From NCBI RefSeq assembly GCF_032444005.1, contig NC_091285.1, positions 268,956,001 through 269,020,000 on the forward strand: DNA of 64,000 bases, in the 5' to 3' direction. The notes under the pieces were generated by a model. That model did no database searches. It saw nothing but the letters and a program-made list of their open reading frames with translations, and had not been told where the DNA came from. Made by a program: the position numbers and the translations under genes. This DNA comes from Ranitomeya imitator (lineage: Eukaryota). This document shows, one piece after another, positions 38,310 to 48,113 of the stretch (position 1 is its first letter; each line of letters starts with the position of its first letter).

Positions 38310-39961
38310 CAGTTAGGGCCAGAAATATTTGGACAGTGACACAATTTTCGCGAGTTGGGCTCTGCATGCCACCACATTGGATTTGAAATGAAACCTCTAC
38401 AACAGAATTCAAGTGCAGATTGTAACGTTTAATTTGAAGGGTTGAACAAAAATATCTGATAGAAAATGTAGGAATTGTACACATTTCTTTACAAACACTC
38501 CACATTTTAGGAGGTCAAAAGTAATTGGACAAATAAACATAACCCAAACAAAATATTTTTATTTTCAATATTTTGTTGCAAATCCTTTGGAGGCAATCAC
38601 TGCCTTAAGTCTGGAACCCATGGACATCACCAAACGCTGGGTTTCCTCCTTCTTAATGCTTTGCCAGGCCTTTACAGCCGCAGCCTTCAGGTCTTGCTTG
38701 TTTGTGGGTCTTTCCGTCTTAAGTCTGGATTTGAGCAAGTGAAATGCATGCTCAATTGGGTTTAGATCTGGAGATTGACTTGGCCATTGCAGAATGTTCC
38801 ACTTTTTGGCACTCATGAACTCCTGGGTAGCTTTGGATGTATGCTTGGGGTCATTGTCCATCTGTACTATGAAGCGCCGTCCAATCAACTTTGCAGCATT
38901 TGGCTGAATCTGGGCTGAAAGTATATCCCGGTACACTTCAGAATTCATCCGGCTACTCTTGTCTGCTCTTATGTCATCAATAAACACAAGTGACCCAGTG
39001 CCATTGAAAGCCATGCATGCCCATGCCATCACGTTGCCTCCACCATGTTTTACAGAGGATGTGGTGTGCCTTGGATCATGTGCCGTTCCCTTTCTTCTCC
39101 AAACTTTTTTCTTCCCATCATTCTGGTACAGGTTGATCTTTGTCTCATCTGTCCATAGAATACTTTTCCAGAACTGAGCTGGCTTCTTGAGGTGTTTTTC
39201 TGCAAATTTAACTCTGGCCTGTCTATTTTTGGTATTGATGAATGGTTTGCATCTAGATGTGAACCCTTTGTATTTACTGTCATGGAGTCTTCTCTTTACT
39301 GTTGACTTAGAGACAGATACACCTACTTCACTGAGAGTGTTCTGGACTTCAGTTGATGTTGTGAACGGGTTCTTCTTCACCAAATTATGTATGCGGTGAT
39401 CATCCACCACTGTTGTCATCCGTGGACGCCCAGGCCTTTTTGAGTTCCCAAGCTCACCAGTCAATTCCTTTTTTCTCAGAATATACCCAACTGTTGATTT
39501 TGCTACTCCAAGCATGTCTGCTATCTCTCTGATGGATTTTTTCTTTTTTTTCAGCCTCAGGATGTTCTGCTTCACCTCAATTGAGAGTTCCTTTGACCGC
39601 ATGTTGTCTGCTCACAGCAACAGTTTCCAAATGCAAAACCACACACCTGGAATCCACCCCTGACCTTTTAACTACTTCATTGATTACAGGTTAACGAGGG
39701 AGACGCCTTCAGAGTTAATTGCAGCCCTTAGAGTCCATTGTCCAATTACTTTTGGTCCCTTGAAAAAGAGGATGCTATGCATTACAGAGCTATGATTCCT
39801 AAACCCTTTCTCCGATTTGGATGTGGAAACTATCATATTGCAGCTGGGAGTGTGCACTTTCAGCCCATATTATATATATAATTGTATTTCTGAACATGTT
39901 TTTGTAAACAGCTAAAATAACAAAACTTGTGTCACTGTCCAAATATTTCTGGCCCTAACTG
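38310..39961 (-). mobile_element. Full-length Tc1 element, family B
   Basis: TA|CAGTTAGGGCCAGAAATATTTGGACAGTGACAC at both ends. Confidence 0.97.
38565..39602 (-). CDS. Intact DD34E Tc1 transposase, 345 aa
   Basis: [19 protein letters not shown]; 34-residue spacing counted. Confidence 0.95.
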   Translation of the reverse strand: MRSKELSIEVKQNILRLKKKKKSIREIADMLGVAKSTVGYILRKKELTGELGNSKRPGRPRMTTVVDDHRIHNLVKKNPFTTSTEVQNTLSEVGVSVSKSTVKRRLHDSKYKGFTSRCKPFINTKNRQARVKFAEKHLKKPAQFWKSILWTDETKINLYQNDGKKKVWRRKGTAHDPRHTTSSVKHGGGNVMAWACMAFNGTGSLVFIDDIRADKSSRMNSEVYRDILSAQIQPNAAKLIGRRFIVQMDNDPKHTSKATQEFMSAKKWNILQWPSQSPDLNPIEHAFHLLKSRLKTERPTNKQDLKAAAVKAWQSIKKEETQRLVMSMGSRLKAVIASKGFATKY

Positions 39962-40132
39962 TATCTTTGTTTCTATGTTTTTTGTCTTACAACAAGCAAT
40001 TGTCATATGACTCAGCATCCTTACATTTAATATTGAATGCCAGGTATCATTTTGGCCAACTGCTGCCCCAGTCCACTGTTAATAAGATCTCTTTAAATTC
40101 AAAATGTGCTGTTCCAGGAATAGATTCCTTAA

Positions 40133-41177
40133 CCTCTTAACGACCAGAGGTATTTTTGGTTTAGTATTTACATTTTTTGCTCCCCTTCTTCCCAGAGCCA
40201 TAACTTTTTTTTATTTTTGGGTCAAAATGGCCATGTGAGGGCTTGTTTTTTGCTGGACAAGTTGTAATTTTGAAAGACACCATTGATTTTACCATATCGT
40301 GCACTTGAAAATGGGAAAAAAAATTCCAAGTGCGTTGAAACGACAAAAAAAAGTGCAATTCCACAATTGTTTTTTGCTTGGCTTTTTTACTACGTTCACT
40401 AAATGCTAAAACTGACCTGCCATTATGATTCTCCAGATCATTATGAGTTCATAGACACCAAACATGTCTAGGTTCTGTTTTATCTAAGTGGTGAAAAAAA
40501 ATTCATATGTTTGTTAAAAAAAAATTGTGCCACTTTCCAATACCCATAGCGTCTCAATTTTCCATGATCTCGGGTTGGGTGAAGGCTTATGTTTTGCATG
40601 CTGAGTTGGTATTTTTAAAGATACCATTTTGGTGCAGATATGTTCTTTTGATCGCCTGTTATTGCATTTTAATGCAATGATGTGGCGACCAAAAAACGTA
40701 ATTCTGGCATTTTGACTTTTTTCTTGTTACGCCGTTTAGCGATCAGGTTAATCCTTCTTTTTCTATTGATAGATTGGGCGATTCTGAACACAGCAATACC
40801 AAATATGTGTATGTTTGATTTTTTTAATTGTTTTATTTTGAATGGGGTGATTTTAGCTTTTATATATTTTTTTAAAAACTTTGTTTTTACCTATGGAATG
40901 CATCAATAATCTTCATGGGAGACTAGAAGCTGCCATGACTCGATCGGCTCTGCTACATACAGGCAATGATCCGATCGCCTGTATGCAGCAGAGTTGCATA
41001 CTTGCTATGAGCGCCGACCACTGGGTGGCGCTCATAGCAATCCAGCAGTGACAACCATAGAGGTCATGCCAACCCATCGGCGACCCGTGGTCATGTGACA
41101 CTTGTGCCAATGGGCGTGATTTCGGATGCGCTTGCCGGAAGCACTTGGTAAATGCCGTTGTAAGAGTTTGACAGCGA
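40133..41177. mobile_element. piggyBac-like non-autonomous element, right end truncated
   Basis: TTAA|CCTCTTAACGACC; body similar to 7256-8081. Confidence 0.6.
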
Positions 41178-41331
41178 ATATATTGTTACCTTAGCAATTT
41201 TGCTTTATTGCACTAATTAATCTAAAATCAAAAATGAAGAAGCACTTTTGCAAGTAAAGTTGATTAAAACTATCTATTTTATGTCTACAGGTGCTATGCA
41301 TAACTATGCATCTCCATGGTAACAGACTTAA

Positions 41332-41923
41332 AGGGAACCTGTCACCACTTTCCTGTCCTACCAGCTAAAAATATCATTTTATTCAGTGTCAGCTATGCAT
41401 TCCCTAAATACTTATGTAACCCCCATGTATCACCCATAAAAACCTTTTATATTTCTCCTGCGATATATGCTAATAAGGTCTGTCCAGTCCCATGGGCGTG
41501 GCTTCGGTTCACTCACTCCACCCCTCTCCTCGGCTGCTGCACACAGTCCTTGACATGGATGATGCAGATCGCTGTGAGATATCGCGCCTGTGCAGTCAAA
41601 TGGTTTCTCGAGTGTGGGCAGTATGCTTTGCCCAACTGTGGGCAAAGCCGAAAAGCAGAAGTGCGCACACGCAAGAAACCATTTGACTGCGCAGGCGCGA
41701 TATCCTGCAGCGATCTGCCTCATACACGTCAAGGACTGCGTGCAGCAGCTGAGGAGAGGGGTGGAGTGAGTGAACTGAAGCCAAACCCATTGGACAGGAA
41801 GGACCCTATTAGCATATACATGGGCAGTCAGGGGGTTACACAAGTATTTAGGGAATGCATAGCTGACACTGAATAAAATGATATTTTTAGCTGGTAGGAC
41901 AGAAAAGTGGTGACAGGTTCCCT
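41332..41923. mobile_element. Palindromic T2/Kolobok-like MITE
   Basis: TTAA|AGGGAACCTGTCACC ... GGTGACAGGTTCCCT|TTAA, fold-back over almost the whole length. Confidence 0.9.
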
Positions 41924-42727
41924 TTAAAACACACGCTGAGTTCTATGAACCTGTAGGCACACTCCGTCCCTTCCGCCCTTAAATTCACTGCAACATACTA
42001 TAAATTGCCTGCATAATAAGTTAGCATGGAAAGATATTTTTTAATTAGGGAAATGTTCACACATTCAGTATTTGGTTATTTGGTCAGTCTTTGATATCAG
42101 GAGTGGCTGAAAAATGCAGAAGTGGTGCACATGTTTCTGAGAAACACCTGAAAGATTAACAAACTCCCTGGTGGTTTTTGAGTACTATGAGGGGTGTTTT
42201 TTTAATGAAATTACAGTAGGAATCAATCAAAAAGTAAAAAAATCCCAAAAGGTATAAACTGGGCTATAAACAGGGGTACATGCAGCGTGTAAGCGCACGT
42301 TCACACTTGCCACTGAGCAGAAAAAAACAAAGATAGAAACATAATGATTAAATACCCTGCAGTAAATAAATAAACAGCACAGTGCATAAAAATAATATAC
42401 AGTACTTACTTAACATGTTTTCTGAGAAACAAAAATGCGAAAGCCATCCTGCCAGTTCACGGTGACCATAATTGGGACGTCCTAACGCTAATATTAAAAA
42501 CCTTACAGTTTGTCAAGTGACATGCATGTGGATAAGGGCTGAGAAGGACTGGGCCCAACTAGTGGACACACAGCCATTTCTGTCTTTCTTTTTTTAACTA
42601 AATTGGCCCTTAAAAAAACTTTTGTAATTTTTTTAATCACGGGAGAAATATAAAAGGTTTTTTATGGGTGATACATGGGGAGTCAGGGAGTTACATAAGT
42701 ATTTAGGGAATGCATAGCTGACACTGA

Positions 42728-43240
42728 AAAAGCGATAGAGCGAAACGCGCGTCAGGGGTGTTGGGAAGGCCACACACGTACCTTGATTCACCATGGGTAA
42801 GTTCAGCGTGTCTCTTGGATATATGTAACATTGGGACATTATGGCAAATTACAGGCTTTCTGAGATGTCTCCTCATTGTAGGAGCATGGACCATTAGTTA
42901 TATGCTTGAGACTTACCCAGATCATACTATGGTTGTGTGCCCTATCTCCTAGTGTACTGGTTGGTTTCTCCTTCTCTCCACATGTTGGAATTTTTTTATG
43001 TATTTTTCTATTATATTATGATGAGTTGTGTATGGTATTGTCTGTATTTATATATCAATAAAATGTCTATATTCTTTTTTACAAGTTTTTAGTGTCTATG
43101 CTCCCTTTTTCGCTAGTGTAGTATATATCCCATTGGGAGTGATGCTCTTATACAATTAGATTCATATTGGGAGAGCTGTTCCTAATACCTATTATGCTCT
43201 CGGCCATTTATAACACATGCTTATTGATTTTCGTATGTAT
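42728..43240 (+). mobile_element. Penelope-like fragment
   Basis: 14-bp flanking duplication ATAGCTGACACTGA; begins with a GCGAAACGCGCGTC hammerhead-like relic. Confidence 0.55.
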
Positions 43241-43603
43241 ATAGCTGACACTGAGTAAAATGATATTTTTAACTGGTAGGACAGAAAAGTGGTGACAGGT
43301 TCCCTTTAAGTCTGTTACCATGGAGATGCATAGTTATGCATAGCACCTGAAGACATAAAATAGATAGTTTTAATCAACTTTACTTGCAAAAGTGCTTCTT
43401 CAGTTTTAATTTTAGATTAATTAGTGCAATAAAGCAAAATTGCTAAGGTAACAATATATTCGACTATGAAATAAAACTAAGACAACAATAGAAAATTAAA
43501 CCCTTTTTTTAGCTATGTACCAAACTAAAATAGTTTAGCAGTAATCTCAATTTAATAATAATTGCTAATTGTGAGCAGTGAGAGGAAAAAAATGGAAACC
43601 CAC

Positions 43604-43744
43604 CTTAAAGATTTTTAAACTTTGTAGTAATCCTCCAACTTCATTTTTCAACGTGAGGACAACCGCTGTTTTTTCTATTTCAGCAGTTGGTTCGGTTTCG
43701 CTACATTTGTTCTCATCAATTTTCACAGCATTCAATTTGTCACG
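43604..43744 (-). CDS. tph2: tph2 coding exon (equivalent of TPH2 exon 2), 141 bp, phase 0-0
   Basis: ttttttccag|CGTGAC...TTTAAG|gtgggt. Translates RDKLNAVKIDENKCSETEPTAEIEKTAVVLTLKNEVGGLLQSLKIFK. KTAVV.LKNEVGGL is the start of the TPH2-type ACT domain. Confidence 0.9.
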
Positions 43745-44194
43745 CTGGAAAAAAGAACAATAATAACAATTATAATAAGCTGATTGAACAGTGACAAGCA
43801 CATATTAAATAACAAGAAGACAGGTTCCATAATCTTCATAGCACTAAAGTTTTCACATTATTTTGTGGTGGTCAGTCAGTAGTATATTACATTTAAATGG
43901 ATGGAAGGCAATATTAGGGTTTGTTCACACAAATGTTTTTAACTTGGGTTATTCAGGCTGAATAACGCACATAAAAAATGTGTGAACAATTTTTAAACAG
44001 TTTTTGTACATGTAGCATTTTTTTAAATGAATGGGACACTTATTATATGTGGATTTAAAGCATCCTTTGACTGTGATTTTGGTGGAAATTCTGCATCAAA
44101 ATCCACATGAATAAGATATGTGAACATACCTCCGAAAGGGATCTTTTCAAATCATTAAAGGTCTTCATGATTCAAGGATTTGACATTTCCTTAC

Positions 44195-44275
44195 AGTGTA
44201 CCTACCTATAGGTGACTTTACAGAGACAGTTTTTCTCATTCTGGGTGCAGGCTTATTTTGCATACTTTTATCCAT
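44195..44275 (-). CDS. Candidate divergent tph2 first coding exon (27 codons)
   Basis: gcattATGG (A at -3, G at +4) ... ACT|gtaagg is a phase-0 donor compatible with exon 2. Translates MDKSMQNKPAPRMRKTVSVKSPIGRYT; RKTVSVKS loosely resembles TPH2 RRGFSLDS. Confidence 0.35.
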
Positions 44276-44444
44276 AATGCCTTGCTTCTCATGAAGGGCT
44301 CCACAAGGAGACACAATAGTCCCCAATATATAGCTAACACAAGTGATACTAGCAATTGCCATCACTTACTACATTGTAAAAATACCTTTAAAGATGATTG
44401 CAGCTTGCAGTTTTATTACAAATGTCTTTAGTGAAGAGGACCCC

Positions 44445-45171
44445 TGTTATGATCCGGTGACCTAGGAACTGCATGAGAACTTTCACAGGAGAAAGTGGCT
44501 ACTGTACTGACCGCAATCCTGAACTTAACACCGCAACTAGAAGTAGCCGTGAAGTGTACCTAACACACCTAGACACCTCATCACAGAAGGAGACCTAAAT
44601 ACCCCTAAAGATGGAAATAGGAATACTATCTTGCCTCAGAGAAAATCCCCAAAGGATAGACAGCCCCCCACAAATATTGGCGGTGAGTCAGAGAGGAAAA
44701 AACATACACAGGCAGAAAAACAGGATTAGCACAGGAGGCCACTCTAGCTAGATAGGACAGGATAGGACAGAGTTCTGTGCGGTCAGTAAAAAACCCTTCA
44801 AAACATCCACAGCAGAATATGCAAAAACTTCCTACATCTACTAAAGATGCAGGAGCGTATATCTGCAACTCCAGTGAATCCTACAATCAGAGCAGGAATA
44901 AAACTGAAACAAGCACACCGGCAGTGTGCCACAGAAACAAAAACCAAACACTTATCTTTGCTGAAATTGGCAGGGAGCAGGAGAAGCCAGAAAGTGATCC
45001 GACACTTCACAAGGAACATTGACAACTGGCAGGGATTAAAGAGTCCAGCAAAGCTAAATACCCCAGTCAGCCTTGCAATTAGCAGATACACCTGTCCAAT
45101 CCTGCAGTCCAGACACAACTGCATTACCATCTACAACCACAGGAGGGAGCCCAAAAGCAGAATTCACAACA
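44445..45171 (-). mobile_element. Solo gypsy LTR related to the 10035 element
   Basis: Minus strand TGTTGTGAATTCTGC..GGCTCCCTCCTGTGG ... GATCATAACA; flanked by GACCCC on both sides. Confidence 0.9.
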
Positions 45172-45446
45172 GACCCCCAAGAATGGCTGTTGGTGTGTAA
45201 ACAGGTAAGAGCGTGCTACAGCACAGAATATGCAGACTAAGTGGTACAGTGAACAAGTTTTTTATTTATTAACTATTTACTATTCGAGTAGCCAAAAATG
45301 CAATCTCTGGCAAATGACAATTCGCAAATCGTTAAATTGTTATGTGATACAAACCAAATCAGAAAGTTAACTAAATAATACACCAAACGATATTTAGAAA
45401 GGATACACTTATCTGTAATCCATCAAAGCCTGTGACATAACTTTAA

Positions 45447-45645
45447 GGGCAGAGACAGACTACCGTATTTCTCGTGCGAGTATCACATTGCACTGCACGG
45501 ACTGGCTTGACACCTCTCCTGACTTGAGCAAGACAGTGTGATGGATTACTATGCAGCTGTCAAGCTCAGATCAGGAGAGCCGACAGCCAGTACGAGGTTT
45601 ACAATGCAATTCTTGCACGAGAAATATGGCAGTCTGTCTCAGCCC
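45447..45645. mobile_element. Harbinger-like MITE
   Basis: TAA|GGGCAGAGACAGAC ... GTCTGTCTCAGCCC|TAA. Confidence 0.75.
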
Positions 45646-47547
45646 TAAGAGTCATTATCTAGCCTCTCAGACTGTCTGTAGCGATCACCACAACAGGCTG
45701 TAACAGAAGTTAGCTATTTTCCCATTAGGCTACAAGCATTGCACAGTAGTTTGCTGGAAACTCTTGGCACTGATGACCTATTCCTGCAGCCTCTGTCACA
45801 TAGAGTGCAGCTCAAGTCCCTTCCGTGTTGTTATCTAGGCATCATGGCTTTCAGTTCACTTAATCGATCAACCATTTATCTAGGCCTTCAGCGCACTCGA
45901 TCTACCATCCCTTCTACTAGGCCTCCAGGCTTTCAGACACCACTTTAACTAGGCCTCCTGACCTTGGCTAGGGACCTCTTCCTGCTGCTCTCCAGAGCAA
46001 TACTCCATTCTGTTCATTAGGCCTCCTGGCCTGGGCTAAGAAACCCATCCTCCTGCTCTCCTAAGCAATACTCCATTCCATCAATTATGCCTCCTGACCT
46101 GATTTAAGGACCTCGTCGTGTTGCTCTCCCTCTTCTGAGATGTGGCAGTAAGCCAATTCAGTTGACACTGTACATCCAACTTGATACAAATCTCGACCCA
46201 GGATTTCTCCTCTGGTCCGTATCCTCTCCAGTGGATGAGGTATTAGAAGGAATTTTGGACACTCCGAGGATCCACAACCCTCTGCTCCAAGTCATCATTG
46301 GCTGAAACCAGAGGAGGAGGGGATAAGGGAGACAATGTCGAAGGGATAACACTCCTTTAATAGGGATTTATGGAACATGTTAGGGATGCGTAGGGAAGGA
46401 GGAAGCTTTAATCTAAATACCACAGAATTAACCACCTCTAGGATCCTGACGTGTGCACATACCCTAAATCTTTCACACATATGAAGGTTAAATTGAAGTA
46501 GTATAAGTAGCCATAAATGCAAGTGCAAAATAGCTCTAATGAGCATCTCTACTAATCCAGAATGTAATCACATGTAAACACAGTACTGAAGGATGACATG
46601 GGGAGTGTGGTGGTAGGAAGTGTCATTACCAAATAGTAAGCATATCAGTTGGTGGTGTACACAAGGGGTTACTCGTCATGTTGGTAAATGACAGCAATTG
46701 TAATGAATGTACTTACAGTGGTAAAGAGGGCTCCCTCTCCTGGATAGCACCCACCCCAACGCGCATTTCGACAATCCGCCTTCGTCAGACACCCTTTTCT
46801 ACTTTATTATTCTTTCCACTGTGATTTACCAGTTACTAAATTCTCTTCCTTACTCCCTCTTGACTACAGTCTTTTGTATATATGGGTGTATGGCCCTGTT
46901 TTTAATATAGTTTTTTATCATTTTTCTACATTGCCTTGTGTTCAATTGTTGTCACGTGATGTAGCTCAATAAAATTAATACTTATTCACTATATATTTGG
47001 TATATGGACTTTATGGTCAGGTTTTCTTTCCTTCCTTTTCTTCAGGGTTTTTTCCGACTGTCCATATGTCACACCTTTGTCCAGGCTCTTGGGTGCAGGA
47101 TTATTATTACTGCTATGTTCATTATCTTTACTTATGAATACCATAATATTACCCTGCATCAAGAACGTTCCCTTGTTCTTCCTTTTAAATTTTCTCTCTA
47201 GAATTGGCAATGGAGCCAATTCCCCAGCCAGCCGGCTATGACTGTCTTTAGTGCGTGTGCAGACTTCACAGACAAATACAAAATCTTTAATTTCATTATG
47301 CATGGATGGCCACCAAAAAAATTTAGCAATGGCTTTCCATGTAGCAGTAACCCCAGAATGACCACTCAAGACGGAATCATGAAATTCATGTAACACCTGC
47401 AATCTTAGGTACACAGGCACAAATAATTGGATCCTAAAGTAGTGGAAGGAGCCAACGACTGGTCTTTATGAATCTCTTCTTCCAATTCCAAGGTTAATAT
47501 AGAAACCACAATACCCTGAAGAATAATGGAGGATGAAGGTTCTGGAG

Positions 47548-47776
47548 CAGTGATGAGCAAGAATGCTTGTTACTCAAATTTCTCCAAGCATGCTTGGGTG
47601 GTCTCCGAGTATTTCTGTTGCCTAAGCAACCCCCACAAGTATTCAAGCTGTCTAGCAGCTGCAAATCATGCAGCTGCGTCAACATAAACTAAATCTCCAA
47701 GCACGCAGAAATACTCAGAGACCATCCAAGCATGCTCGGAGAAACTCGAAGTAGGGAGCATACTCGCTCATCGCTA
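47548..47776. mobile_element. hAT MITE
   Basis: CAGTGATGAGCAAG ... CTCGCTCATCGCTA with an 8-bp TSD TTCTGGAG. Confidence 0.85.
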
Positions 47777-48000
47777 TTCTGGAGGAGAAACTGAATCAAG
47801 ACTACAAGATAATGCATGAGCTTTCGCATTCTTAGACCCCTGCCTAAATGTAATAGAAAAATTAAACCTAGAGAAAAACAAGGATCATCTGGCCTGTCTA
47901 GGAGTTAACCTCATAAATATCGACCGCCATATCAAAAACACGCCTCAATGCGTGGATAGCTATCCACAATCTGATGTGACACAAGATATCAGTCTATCTG

Positions 48001-48039
48001 GCCTCCTGATGAGCCTGCAGAGGCGAAACGCGTTGAGGC
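48001..48039 (+). ncRNA. Minimal type I hammerhead ribozyme motif (Penelope/retrozyme type)
   Basis: GCCTC CTGATGA GCCT-GCAG-AGGC GAAA CGCG TT GAGGC: full core, 5-bp stem I, 4-bp stem II, palindromic ACGCGT stem III. Confidence 0.7.
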
Positions 48040-48113
48040 GTGTTTTTGATATGGCGGTTGGTGATACACAGCGGCTCAGATGAGTATTCATGGCCTTATC
48101 CTGTGGCTATATA

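Noticed and set aside
45950-46140. Three degenerate repeats of about 69 bp
   Set aside because: They are short and diverged, sit at the end of the old gypsy remnant, and show no sign of function.
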